This document shows positions 18,028 to 27,650 of a DNA stretch of 47,821 bases, piece after piece. Both the position numbers and the translations under genes were made by a program. The notes beneath the pieces were generated by a model, which was given only the letters and a program-made list of their open reading frames with translations, had not been told where the DNA came from and did no database searches. The DNA is from Acidimicrobiales bacterium (GTDB lineage Bacteria > Actinomycetota > Acidimicrobiia > Acidimicrobiales > VFJN01). Position 1 is the stretch's first letter; each line of letters opens with the position of its first letter. Location: positions 1-47,821 of the forward strand of contig JBKJIL010000093.1 of assembly GCA_046598435.1 (NCBI GenBank), given 5' to 3'.

Positions 18028-18127
18028 CTCGTCGGCCTCCTCACGTCGCAGACCCGGCTCGGCACCAAGTCGGTGCCGGTGAGCATCGCGCCGCACCGGC
18101 GCCCTGGGAAGCGAATACCGTGCGCCC

Positions 18128-20767
18128 ATGGGCAAGCGCCGCGTCGACATCGTTCCCCACACCCACTGGGACCGCGAGTGGTACGCGCCGTTCCAGACGT
18201 TCCGCCTGCGCCTCGTCGACCTGCTCGACCAGCTGCTGCCGCAGCTCGAGGCCGATCCCTCGTACGCCCACTTCCTGCTGGACGGGCAGATGGCCGTGGT
18301 GGACGACTACCTCGCCGTGCGGCCGGCGGCCGAGGACCGGCTCCGGGCCCTGGCCATGACGGGCCGCGTCGCCATGGGGCCGTGGTACGCGCTGCCCGAC
18401 GAGTTCCTCGTGTCCGGCGAGACGCTCGTGCGCAACCTGCAGCGCGGCCTTCGGGTGGCCGCCCGCTTCGGCGGTGCCATGGACGTCGGCTACCTGCCGG
18501 ACATGTTCGGCCACGTGGCCCAGATGCCGCAGCTGCTGCGCCTGTTCGGGTTCGAGCACGCCGTCGTGTGGCGAGGCGTGCCGTCTGCCATCGATCGCAG
18601 CGGCTTCTGGTGGTCGGCGCCCGACGGCTCCACCGTGCGGGCCGAGTACCTCCCCCAGGGCTACGGCAACGGCGCCCTGGTGCCCGACGATGCCAAGGCC
18701 CTGCTGCGGCGGATCGACGAGTTCGCCGAGGAGCAGGGCGACCTGCTCGTGGGGCCCATCTTGTGGATGAACGGGACGGACCACCTGATGCCGCAGTCGT
18801 GGCTCGGACGGGTGGTGGCGGAAGCCAACGAGGTGGAGCCCGACGACGGTGCCGGCTACGAGCTGCACGTCTGCTCGCTGGCCGAGCACGTGCGGCGCGC
18901 GCCCACCGAGGGCCTGCCGGCGTGGACCGGCGAGCTCCGCTCCGGCGCCCGGGCCAACCTGCTGATGGGGGTGGCCTCCAACCGGGTGGACGTGAAGCAG
19001 GCGGCGGCCGGGGCCGAGCGGGCGCTGGAGCGCCTGGCCGAGCCGCTGTCGGCCCTCTTCTTGCCCGCCGAGCTCTGGCCCGGTGCGCTCCTCGACGAGG
19101 CGTGGCTCGAGGTGATCCGCAACAGCGCCCACGACTCGATCTGTGCCTGCTCGGTCGACGAGGTGTGCGACGCCGTGCTGCACCGCTTCGCCGAGGCCAC
19201 CCAGATCGCGGCCGGTCTGGCCGAGCGGGCCACCGAAGCGCTCGGGGCGACCGTCGGCGTCGACGGCCGCACCCCGGTCGTGGTGAACCCGTCGCAGCGC
19301 TCGCGGGGCGGCGTGGTGGAGCTGCGACTCCCCGGGGCCGAGGTGCCCGACGGATGCCAGCTCGTGTCGGCCCGCCCCGCCGAGCGACTGCTGATGGACG
19401 ACACCGCGGTCGACGTGGCCACGGTGATGGTGAGCGAGCTGGAGTACGTCCGCGGCGTGCTCTCCTTCACGGTGGAGGCGGCCGACGGCACCGAGCTGCT
19501 GCGCGTCGAGCGGGAGGCGGCCGGCACGCTGGTGACCCCCCCGGTACGCCGCGACCTGGCCGCCATCCGCGCCGAGCGAGCCGGCGAGAAGGTGCGGGTG
19601 CGGGTCAACAACCGGCCCGCTGTCACCGTGCTGGCCCGAGTCGAGGACATCCCCGGCTACGGCTGGCAGGCCTGGGACGGCGGGCGGGCGGGATGTCCGG
19701 CCGTGACGGCGTCGGTGACCACGCTCCAGAACGAGATCATGACCGTCGAGGTCGACCCCCACGACGGGACCTTCTCGCTCAACGGCCACCGTGGCCTGGG
19801 CGCGCTCGTCGACGGCGGGGACGTGGGCGACACCTACAACTGGTGCCCGCCCGACACCGACACGCTGGTCGACCGACCGGCGGCGGTGCAGACGCGGGTG
19901 CTCGAGGGCGGCCCCGTGCGGGCCCGCCTGGAGGTGCTGCGGACCTTCGAGCTGCCCACCCATGCGCACGTCGGGGCCCGGTTCGGTGTCCAGGAGGTGG
20001 TGGTGCGGACGACCCTCGAGCTGCGGGCCGGCGAGGACCTCGTGCGGGTGCTCGTGGAGCTGGACAACCACGGCCTGCGCGACCACCGGCTGCGGGTGCA
20101 CCTGCCGCTGCCGCAGCCAGCTCGGTCGTCTCGGGCGGAGTGCGCCTTCGCCGTGGTGGAGCGGGGGTTGGCGGCCGAGGGCGGGCCGACCGAGCTGGGG
20201 CTTCCCACGTATCCCTCGCGTCGCTTCGTGTCGGCCGGCGGGATCACCGTCGCCCACGAGGGCCTGCTCGAGTACGAGCTCGTGGACATCGCCGACGACG
20301 GGGCCCACACGCTCGCCGTCACGCTCCTGCGCTGCACCGGGATGCTCTCGCAGGGCCCGATGGCGACGCGACCGCTCCCCGCGGGGCCGCTCACGGCCAT
20401 GGAGGGACCCCAGTCCCAGGGGCCGGTGTCGGCCTCCTTCGCCGTCCACCTGGGCGGGCGCGACCCCTACGCCGTGGTGGACGATGCCTTCCTGCCGCTG
20501 CTCGTGACGCGGGGCGGTGGGTCAGCGGCTGCGGGCGCGGCGCGCGGGCAGGCGCTCGCCATCGAGGGAGCCGAGGTGTCGGCCATCACCCGCGAGGCGG
20601 GGGCGCTGCAGGTGCGCGTGTTCAACCCCACCGACGAGCGAGCGACGGTGGCCATCGACGGCCACGGCTGGCTCATGGACCTACGCGGCCGGCCCCTCAG
20701 CCCCTTCGAAGGCGGCTTCGAGCTGGGACCGTGGCAGATCGCCACGGCCAGCCTCGCTGATCGCTGA
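18128..20767 (+). CDS. GH38 alpha-mannosidase (mannosylglycerate hydrolase-like)
   Basis: VPHTHWDREWY, FLLDGQ, GPWYALPDEFLVSGE, GYLPDMFGH, NGTDH, NSAHDSICACSVDEV, DVGDTYN, DHRLR. Confidence 0.93.
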   Translation: MGKRRVDIVPHTHWDREWYAPFQTFRLRLVDLLDQLLPQLEADPSYAHFLLDGQMAVVDDYLAVRPAAEDRLRALAMTGRVAMGPWYALPDEFLVSGETLVRNLQRGLRVAARFGGAMDVGYLPDMFGHVAQMPQLLRLFGFEHAVVWRGVPSAIDRSGFWWSAPDGSTVRAEYLPQGYGNGALVPDDAKALLRRIDEFAEEQGDLLVGPILWMNGTDHLMPQSWLGRVVAEANEVEPDDGAGYELHVCSLAEHVRRAPTEGLPAWTGELRSGARANLLMGVASNRVDVKQAAAGAERALERLAEPLSALFLPAELWPGALLDEAWLEVIRNSAHDSICACSVDEVCDAVLHRFAEATQIAAGLAERATEALGATVGVDGRTPVVVNPSQRSRGGVVELRLPGAEVPDGCQLVSARPAERLLMDDTAVDVATVMVSELEYVRGVLSFTVEAADGTELLRVEREAAGTLVTPPVRRDLAAIRAERAGEKVRVRVNNRPAVTVLARVEDIPGYGWQAWDGGRAGCPAVTASVTTLQNEIMTVEVDPHDGTFSLNGHRGLGALVDGGDVGDTYNWCPPDTDTLVDRPAAVQTRVLEGGPVRARLEVLRTFELPTHAHVGARFGVQEVVVRTTLELRAGEDLVRVLVELDNHGLRDHRLRVHLPLPQPARSSRAECAFAVVERGLAAEGGPTELGLPTYPSRRFVSAGGITVAHEGLLEYELVDIADDGAHTLAVTLLRCTGMLSQGPMATRPLPAGPLTAMEGPQSQGPVSASFAVHLGGRDPYAVVDDAFLPLLVTRGGGSAAAGAARGQALAIEGAEVSAITREAGALQVRVFNPTDERATVAIDGHGWLMDLRGRPLSPFEGGFELGPWQIATASLADR

Positions 20768-20835
20768 GCCCAACTGGCTCCGGTCTCGGCCGATTGGGCA
20801 GACTGCCCGCTTCGACCACGAGGGGGATCCTGAAG

Positions 20836-21222
20836 ATGGCAGAAGGCAAGGCTGAGGTCACGATCGCGCGCACGCCGGAAGACGTCTGGGCGCTGGTCGG
20901 GCAGTTCGAGGGGCTCGACACCTGGATGCCCGGGATCGACTCCTGCGAGATGGATGGCGACGTTCGCAAGCTCCAGACCATGGGCATGGAGATCCACGAG
21001 CAGCTGAAGGGCCGCGACGAGTCGGCCCGCTCGATCTCCTACTCGATCGTGCAGTCCCCGATGCCGCTCGAGCACCACCTGGCCACCATCACCATCTCCC
21101 CTGACGGCGACGGCTCCCGCCTCGAGTGGACCTACGAGGTGCGTCCCGACGAGATGGCGGCCGCCTTCGCGCCCGTGTACGACGGCTCGGCCCAGGCCGT
21201 GAAGGCCCAGCTCGAGAGCTGA
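20836..21222 (+). CDS. SRPBCC/polyketide cyclase family protein
   Basis: IARTPEDVWALVGQFEGLDTWMPGI...R.L...ISYSI...SRLEWT pattern. Confidence 0.85.
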   Translation: MAEGKAEVTIARTPEDVWALVGQFEGLDTWMPGIDSCEMDGDVRKLQTMGMEIHEQLKGRDESARSISYSIVQSPMPLEHHLATITISPDGDGSRLEWTYEVRPDEMAAAFAPVYDGSAQAVKAQLES

Positions 21223-21244
21223 GCCACCGAGGCTCCCCGGCGAG

Positions 21245-22441
21245 TCAGCTCGCGTCGACCGCGGCAGCGTCGTCGTCGTCCGGGCTGCCTCGCAGGGCGA
21301 GCCGCTCGCGCACGGTGCCGCGCATCTGCCGGCGTCGGTCGTCGATGATGTCGCGCAGCGAGCTGGGGGCGTCGTCGGCGTGGAGGAGCACCGAGAGCGA
21401 CACGCGCCCGATGTGCTTCAGGAACCGCGGGCGCATGTTCTTGAAGGCGTAGTCGGGCTCGACGGAGAGCACCTCGCGCAGCTCCGGCGACACCACCACG
21501 GTGCCGGGGTAGGCGATGGCGGTGGCGCGGCTGGCCAGGTTGACGGTGACGCCGAACGCATCGCCTTCTCGCTCGATCACCGGACCGATGGCCATCCCGA
21601 CGCGCACATCGGACAGCTCCGCTGCGTCTCGTGAGGCATCGGCCAGCCCCAGCGCGATCTCGGCCGCGTGGCGCGGGTCGTCGACCATGAACATGACCTC
21701 GTCGCCGATCATCTTCACCACGCGACCGCCCCCAGCCACCACGACGTCGTAGGCGAGCCGCTCGAACTGATCGACCACCTCCGCCAGCTCCACGTCGCTG
21801 ACCTGCTGCGCCAGGGCGGTGAAGCCGACCAGGTCGGCGAAGCCCACGACCAGGCCCGGACCGTCGTCTGTGTCGCCGCGCAGGAGCCGACGACGAGCGG
21901 CCGCCTGAAGGTGACGCCGCCACACCTGTTCCAGCACCTCAGGGAAGAGGGGCAGGAAGCCACCCGCCTGACTGGCCACCGGTTCGAGGACCTGGGCCAT
22001 CTCGTCCTCGCCCACCGAGGCCACGACCTCCTCGGCCCGGGCGCTCACCGCATCGATCAGCGCCGAGGCGACCCTCGCCATCGACGATCCGATGACGCGC
22101 GTCATGCCGTAGGTGACGTCGGGGCTCACGACGCCGCTTCGCATGAGGTCCGCCACTGCCGTGAGGTTGCTGATGTCGGTGGTGGAGAAGATCCGCTCCC
22201 CCGGCTGGGGGTCGGGGAATCCCAGCGAGCGCCAGATGTGCCGGACGTCGTCTTCGGGCAGGGCGGTGGCCTCGACCACGGCCCCCAGGTCGAAGTCGAG
22301 GTCCTGTCCCAGCGCCAGCCGGTCGATGGCGAGGAGCACGAGGGTGCCATCGTCGCGAGCGCGGCCGATCTCGGCGTCCTGCACCCCGAGGGCGATCAGC
22401 AGTGACACCAGCTCGTCGGTGGGCAGCCCGTGGGAGCTCAC
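21245..22441 (-). CDS. Class III adenylate cyclase with N-terminal regulatory domain (Rv2212/Rv1264-like)
   Basis: WRSLGFP, TRVIGSSMARVA, VGFADLVGFT, VKMIGDEVMF, GDAFGVTVNLASR (Lys/Asp residues for ATP specificity). GTG at 22441 overlaps the upstream TGA. Confidence 0.92.
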   Translation of the reverse strand: MSSHGLPTDELVSLLIALGVQDAEIGRARDDGTLVLLAIDRLALGQDLDFDLGAVVEATALPEDDVRHIWRSLGFPDPQPGERIFSTTDISNLTAVADLMRSGVVSPDVTYGMTRVIGSSMARVASALIDAVSARAEEVVASVGEDEMAQVLEPVASQAGGFLPLFPEVLEQVWRRHLQAAARRRLLRGDTDDGPGLVVGFADLVGFTALAQQVSDVELAEVVDQFERLAYDVVVAGGGRVVKMIGDEVMFMVDDPRHAAEIALGLADASRDAAELSDVRVGMAIGPVIEREGDAFGVTVNLASRATAIAYPGTVVVSPELREVLSVEPDYAFKNMRPRFLKHIGRVSLSVLLHADDAPSSLRDIIDDRRRQMRGTVRERLALRGSPDDDDAAAVDAS

Positions 22442-24081
22442 GGGCGGCCCTTCGGCATCGGCTCGATCGTGACGGGCAGCGACAGCCCCCGGCGCGGCGA
22501 CCGCTCGGGGATGGCAACCGGCGACAGCAGCGCCTCGCCCTTGGCATCGGCCGTGGACCACCCGGGATCGAGGCCCGTGGTGATGGTCACCGGAACTGGC
22601 TGGTCGTGTGGCTCGAGGTGCCACAGCAGGGCTGCGCGATCGCCGTGCCACCGCACGGCATAGGACAAGCGGCCGTGCGACGTCGGCGCGTCGTGGAGCT
22701 CCCAGCCCTGCCCCAGCCACGTCTCGGGCACCGCCGCGCTGAGGTGCAACCCAGGGCCGGCGTCGTCGACGAGCAGGTTCCGCACGAGGGTGACGAGGGC
22801 CGCGTTGGCATCGGGGTCGTGGCCGGTGGCGATCCCGGGCCACGTCCACGTGCTGCCGGCCGTCGACAGCAGCTCGGCCAGGGCGGCGGCGGCGGCGGGC
22901 CGCACGCCGGCCGGCACGGCGCTGGCCACACGCTCGGCATCGCGGGCGGCTCGCGGCTGGCCAGCCGCGTCGAGCAGGCGAGCGACGCCGCACAGGGCCC
23001 GCGCGCCGAGTGCCTGATCGACGGGGTCGGTGCTGCGACGCAGGATCGGCACGAGGGCGGCGACGACCTCCACAGCCCGCGCCGCGAAGTCGTTGTCCCT
23101 GGTCAGCTCCCAGTGCCTCGCCACGGCGTGCAGCGCGGCGCCGGGAGCCGCCGTGCGGGCCAGGCGGGCCGGGTCGGCAAGGAGCGCCCGGGCCGCCTCG
23201 TCGGGGAAGCCGACGAGATCGAGGGCCGCCGCCACCGCCGGGGTGCCCTGGCCGAGGAGCAGATGTCGGGTGCTGGCTGCCACCGCGTCGCGCAGTCGGC
23301 GGTCGGGCACCTCGATGCGCGCTCCCTGACCAGCCTGGGTGCTCCAGCCCGAGGCCACCTGGGCGGCCGTCGGAACCTGGGCGGGGTCGATGGGGCCGGC
23401 CTGGGAGCCACGAGGACCGGGCAGGACCACCCGCAGCACGGCAGTGTGGGCCAGCGGGAACAAGAGGGCACCTTGGGCCATCCCGCTCGGGCAGCGCACC
23501 TCGGTGGCGGCGGCGGGCTCGGCCGCGCCGGCGAACACCACGGCGGCGGAGTCGGCCGAGCCGTCGGACAGCGCCATGCGACCGGGAGAGCGCGGCAGCA
23601 CCATCACCTCGGTGCCGTCCACGCGCACGGAGGTGCCGTCGACGGCCAGGTCGTCGATGCGACCAACCGCGCTCTGCGTGTGCGGCCGCAGGGCAAGGGC
23701 CACCGCAAAGGGCAGCTTCGAGCTGTTCTCGATCTCGACCACGATCACCTCGGCGCCGGTCGCATCGCGGGCGGCGTAGGCCCGGTGCACGGCATCGCCG
23801 CTGGGCACCCGCAGACGGGTCTCGACCACGGGGCTGCCACCCTGCAGCGATTGGCGCACGGCCACCTCCCGGGAGGCGAGGTGCCAGCGATCCTCGGCGC
23901 CGATCCACCAGTCGAGCGACCACTCGGCGTCGACGAGCGTGAGCAGCCCCGCCGGGTCGACGGCTGCCCGCCACCGCGCATCGAGGTTCCCGATCGTCGT
24001 CGAGCGCCCGGAGCGCCGGGGCTGCACCCAATCGGCTCCCATGGTCCGGGGAGGTCGTTGTCGCAGCCGCATGGCCGCCAT
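22438..24081 (-). CDS. Hypothetical protein, possibly a degenerate six-hairpin glycosidase-like fold
   Basis: SLDWWIGAEDRWH, PVVETRLRVP, Ala-rich helical core, C-terminal PETWLGQ...APTSHGRLSYAVRWHG. Tightly packed between gpsA and the cyclase; start uncertain. Confidence 0.7.
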   Translation of the reverse strand: MAAMRLRQRPPRTMGADWVQPRRSGRSTTIGNLDARWRAAVDPAGLLTLVDAEWSLDWWIGAEDRWHLASREVAVRQSLQGGSPVVETRLRVPSGDAVHRAYAARDATGAEVIVVEIENSSKLPFAVALALRPHTQSAVGRIDDLAVDGTSVRVDGTEVMVLPRSPGRMALSDGSADSAAVVFAGAAEPAAATEVRCPSGMAQGALLFPLAHTAVLRVVLPGPRGSQAGPIDPAQVPTAAQVASGWSTQAGQGARIEVPDRRLRDAVAASTRHLLLGQGTPAVAAALDLVGFPDEAARALLADPARLARTAAPGAALHAVARHWELTRDNDFAARAVEVVAALVPILRRSTDPVDQALGARALCGVARLLDAAGQPRAARDAERVASAVPAGVRPAAAAALAELLSTAGSTWTWPGIATGHDPDANAALVTLVRNLLVDDAGPGLHLSAAVPETWLGQGWELHDAPTSHGRLSYAVRWHGDRAALLWHLEPHDQPVPVTITTGLDPGWSTADAKGEALLSPVAIPERSPRRGLSLPVTIEPMPKGRP

Positions 24082-24085
24082 CAGA

Positions 24086-25096
24086 TCAGTCGCGCGGCAT
24101 GTCGTGCATCTCCGAGCGCACGTGGCGGCCGAGCAGCCCGCGATAGGCCTCGGTGGCGGGGGCGCCCTCGTGCACCACGGCGTAGACCGCCGCCGCGATC
24201 GGGAGGTCCACGCCGTACTGCTCGCCGAGCTCCATCACCACCTTGGAGGTCTTCACCCCTTCGGCGACCATGTGCATCTCGTCGATGATCTCCTCGATCT
24301 TGCGACCCTTCCCGAGCTGCTCGCCGACGTAGCGGTTGCGGCTCTGGGGCGAGATGCACGTGGCGATGAGGTCGCCCATCCCGGCCAGGCCGGCGAAGGT
24401 GGCGGCATGGCCACCCATGGCACAGCCGAGACGGGTGAGCTCAGCCAGCCCCCGGGTGATCACCGCCGAGCGGGTGTTGTCGCCCGTGCCCAAGCCGTCA
24501 GCCATGCCCGACGCGATGGCCATCACGTTCTTGAGCGCACCGGCCACCTCGCAGCCGATGACGTCGGCGTTCGTGTACACCCGGAAGAGATCGCTGGCGA
24601 AGATGCCCTGCAGGGCCTCGGCGATGGTCTCGTCCTCCATGGCCACCACCGTGGCGGCCGCTCCCCCGGCCAGGATCTCCTTGGCGAGGTTGGGACCGGT
24701 GAGCACGCCGCACGGGTGCCCGGGCAGCTCCTGCTGGAGCACCTCGGTCATCCGGAGGCGGGTGCCCTGCTCGAGGCCCTTCGAGAGGCTGACGACCGGC
24801 ACCCACGGCCGTAGGCAGCCGGCCAGCTCGTGCGCTGTCTCGCGCATGACATGAGACGGCACGCCCATCACGAGCAGGTCCGCTGCGCACACCGCCTCGT
24901 CCAGGGAGGAGGTGGCGTGGAGGCTCGGGGTGAGCTCGAAGCCGGCCAGGTAGGCACTGTTCGTGTGCCGGTCCCGCACCTCCGCGGCCACGTCCTCCCG
25001 CCGGGCCCACACGGTCGTGGGGGTGTTCTTGGCGCACAGGTGGGCGACGGTGGTGCCCCAGGACCCGCCTCCGATGACTGCGACCCGAATCGACAT
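24086..25096 (-). CDS. gpsA: NAD(P)H-dependent glycerol-3-phosphate dehydrogenase
   Basis: GGGSWGT, SKGLE, GPNLAKE, GALKNV, GDNTRSAVITRGLAE, GLAGMGDLIATC, SRNR, AEGV. Confidence 0.96.
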   Translation of the reverse strand: MSIRVAVIGGGSWGTTVAHLCAKNTPTTVWARREDVAAEVRDRHTNSAYLAGFELTPSLHATSSLDEAVCAADLLVMGVPSHVMRETAHELAGCLRPWVPVVSLSKGLEQGTRLRMTEVLQQELPGHPCGVLTGPNLAKEILAGGAAATVVAMEDETIAEALQGIFASDLFRVYTNADVIGCEVAGALKNVMAIASGMADGLGTGDNTRSAVITRGLAELTRLGCAMGGHAATFAGLAGMGDLIATCISPQSRNRYVGEQLGKGRKIEEIIDEMHMVAEGVKTSKVVMELGEQYGVDLPIAAAVYAVVHEGAPATEAYRGLLGRHVRSEMHDMPRD

Positions 25097-25116
25097 GGGC
25101 CGCAGGATAGGTCGCC

Positions 25117-25449
25117 TCACCCGTCGGCGTCGGTGCCCTGATCCTCGTGGTCCACCTTGGTGCCGACCACCGCGAACTGCTCGTCGAGCTGGACGTCGAC
25201 CTGGCTGCCGTCGTCGAGGGTGACCTCGACCTCGTAGTAGCTCTCCTCGTCGCCCACCTCGGTCTCGGTGACGCGGCCTCCGCCGGTCTCGGCCAGGGCG
25301 GCTGCCGACGCCTGGTCGAGCGCGGCTCCGGTGATGGCCGTGTCGCTGGCGTCGTCGTCGCCGCCCGAGGCGATGGCGGTTCCGGCGCCGGCCACGGCGA
25401 CTGCTCCGGCCAGGACAAGACCGAGTGCAAGCTTGGTGCGTCGTTGCAT
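25117..25449 (-). CDS. Secreted PepSY-domain protein
   Basis: Signal peptide, then ASAAALAETGGGRVTETEVGDEESYYEVEVTLDDGSQVDVQLD. ATG follows AAGGAG. Confidence 0.88.
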   Translation of the reverse strand: MQRRTKLALGLVLAGAVAVAGAGTAIASGGDDDASDTAITGAALDQASAAALAETGGGRVTETEVGDEESYYEVEVTLDDGSQVDVQLDEQFAVVGTKVDHEDQGTDADG

Positions 25450-25494
25450 GGGGGTGCTCCTTCGTGGTTGGTGGAGCCAGCCTGCGCCAGGCCG

Positions 25495-25544
25495 CCTGAA
25501 CCTGACCTGACCCGGCGAGCCCGTGTCGTTCAGCGCCGGTTCAG
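25495..25544. promoter_or_regulatory. Putative OmpR-type tandem binding boxes for divergent promoters
   Basis: CTGAA/CTGAC at 25496 and 25507, and TTCAG at 25529 and 25540. Both pairs have an 11-bp period and the two pairs face opposite ways. Confidence 0.55.
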
Positions 25545-25558
25545 GTGCACAGGGCAGC

Positions 25559-26239
25559 ATGGTGCCGGTGAAGCTGCTGCTGGTGGAGGACGACCGCAAG
25601 ATCGCCACCGCGGTGCGGCGGGGGCTGGAGGCCGAGGGCTTCACCGTCGACGTGTGCTTCGACGGCGACGACGGGCTCTGGCAGGCCACCGAGCACACCT
25701 ACGACCTGCTGGTGCTGGACCTGATGCTGCCCGGGCGCAACGGGTTCCAGATCTGCGCCGACCTGCGCGACGCCGGCAACTGGACGCCCATCTTGATGCT
25801 GACAGCCAAGGATGGCGACCTCGACGAGGCGGAGGCGCTCGACACCGGCGCCGACGACTACCTCGTGAAGCCCTTCTCCTTTCCGGTGCTCGTCGCTCGG
25901 GTGCGCGCGCTCGTGCGGCGGACCACCGGCCGCAATCCCACCCCGGTGGAGGTGGACGACCTGCGGATCGACCCCGGAGAGCGCCGGGTGTGGCGGGCCG
26001 GCGTGGAGGTGGCCCTGACGGCCCGAGAGTTCGACGTGCTGGAGTTCCTCCTGCGGCGGGCCGGCCAGGTGCTCTCCAAGCGCGAGATCCTCGACGGCGT
26101 GTGGGAGCACGACTTCGACGGCGACCCGAACATCGTCGAGGTGTACGTGCGCCGGCTCCGCACGAAGGTGGACCTGCCCTTCGAGCGGCAGTCCATCGAG
26201 ACCGTCCGGGGGGCCGGGTACCGACTGGTCGGGCGCTGA
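25559..26239 (+). CDS. OmpR/PhoB-family response regulator
   Basis: LLLVEDD, LDLMLPG, WTPILMLTAKDG, GADDYLVKPF, NIVEVYVRRLR, TVRGAGY. Confidence 0.95.
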   Translation: MVPVKLLLVEDDRKIATAVRRGLEAEGFTVDVCFDGDDGLWQATEHTYDLLVLDLMLPGRNGFQICADLRDAGNWTPILMLTAKDGDLDEAEALDTGADDYLVKPFSFPVLVARVRALVRRTTGRNPTPVEVDDLRIDPGERRVWRAGVEVALTAREFDVLEFLLRRAGQVLSKREILDGVWEHDFDGDPNIVEVYVRRLRTKVDLPFERQSIETVRGAGYRLVGR

Positions 26240-26240
26240 C

Positions 26241-27641
26241 ATGGCGACTTGGGTGCTGGTCTCCGTGCGATCCCGGGTCACGGCGGCGGCCGGCGTGGCC
26301 GCCTTCGTGGTGCTCACCGGAACCGGTGCGGTCTTGGTCCGCAACCAGGAGACCACCCTCACCGCCACCCTCGACGAGCGGGCCCTGAGCGACGCCCGCG
26401 CCATCGGTCGCCAGATCACCGACGGGCCGGTGCCCACGGTGCTGACCGGCCTCGGCGACGAGGACACCGTGGCCCAGGTGGTGACGCGCGACAGTCGCGT
26501 GGTGGTGGCCTCCGCCAACGCCGCGGACCTGGCGCCCATCGCCCCGTGGCCGGAGGGGGGCCGGAGTCGGGCCCGCGACATCGGTCGCCTTCCGGTCGAC
26601 GACGCCCCGTTTCGGGCGGTGTCCGTGCTCATCGACTCGTCGCCACCGGTGGCGGTCCACATCGCGGCCACCACCGACGACATCAGCCAGAGCGTGCGGG
26701 CGCTGCGATCCTCCCTCCTCGTCACCGTGCCGCCAGTGGTGCTGCTGCTGGCTGCCCTCACCTGGTGGCTGGTCGGTCGCACGCTGCGGCCCGTGGAGTC
26801 GATCCGCACCGAGGTGGAAGCCATCCACGGGGGCGCCCTGCACCGGCGCGTCCCTGTCCCCCGCTCCAACGACGAGATCGGCCGGCTGGCCCGCACCATG
26901 AACGCCATGCTCGATCGCGTCGACGAGGCGTCGGGGCGTCAGCAGCGCTTCGTCGCCGACGCCTCCCACGAGCTGCGCAGTCCGCTCACCCGGATGCGCA
27001 CCGAGGTGGAGGTGGACCTCTCCCATCCCGAGGGCGCCGACCTGGCCGCCACCCACCGCAGCATCCTCGAGGAGGCCATCGGCCTGCAGGCGCTCGTCGA
27101 TGACCTGCTGCTCCTCGCCCGCACCGACGCCGAGGCACCGATGGCGCGGGCGGAGCCGGTGGACCTCGCGGAGGTCGTGCGAGACCAGGCCTTCCGCATG
27201 GGCGCCCGCTCACGGGATGGCACGGCGGATGGCACGGTGGACGTCGCGGTGGAGGTCGCGCCCCTCGACACCGCCTGGGTGCACGGCGAGCGGTCGGGCC
27301 TGGAGCGCGTCGTCGCCAACCTGCTCGACAACGCCGTGCGGCACGCCCGGGGCGCGGTGCGCGTGGAGCTGAGCGCGGGCTCGGCCGCTGACACCGTCGA
27401 GCTGGCGGTCAGCGATGACGGACCGGGGATCCCCGCCGCCGACCGAGCTCGGGTGTTCGAGCGGTTCGCACAGCTCGACGACTCCCGCCACGACGGGGGC
27501 ACCGGTCTGGGCTTGGCCATCGTGGCCGAGATCGTCCGACGCCACGGGGGGACGGTGGCCATCGACCCCGACCACGCCGCGGGCGCCCGGTTCGTGGTGC
27601 GGTTGCCGGTCGTGGATCGCACGGCCGCACCACCTGCCTAG
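26241..27641 (+). CDS. HAMP-domain sensor histidine kinase
   Basis: Two TM helices, ADASHELRSP, NLLDNA, DDGPGI, GTGLGL. Confidence 0.95.
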   Translation: MATWVLVSVRSRVTAAAGVAAFVVLTGTGAVLVRNQETTLTATLDERALSDARAIGRQITDGPVPTVLTGLGDEDTVAQVVTRDSRVVVASANAADLAPIAPWPEGGRSRARDIGRLPVDDAPFRAVSVLIDSSPPVAVHIAATTDDISQSVRALRSSLLVTVPPVVLLLAALTWWLVGRTLRPVESIRTEVEAIHGGALHRRVPVPRSNDEIGRLARTMNAMLDRVDEASGRQQRFVADASHELRSPLTRMRTEVEVDLSHPEGADLAATHRSILEEAIGLQALVDDLLLLARTDAEAPMARAEPVDLAEVVRDQAFRMGARSRDGTADGTVDVAVEVAPLDTAWVHGERSGLERVVANLLDNAVRHARGAVRVELSAGSAADTVELAVSDDGPGIPAADRARVFERFAQLDDSRHDGGTGLGLAIVAEIVRRHGGTVAIDPDHAAGARFVVRLPVVDRTAAPPA

Positions 27642-27650
27642 GGTGGCGCG

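Noticed and set aside
16633-20760. 1375-aa ORF
   Set aside because: Arg/Gly/Pro-rich off-frame shadow across the hemerythrin, RIO1 and GH38 genes.
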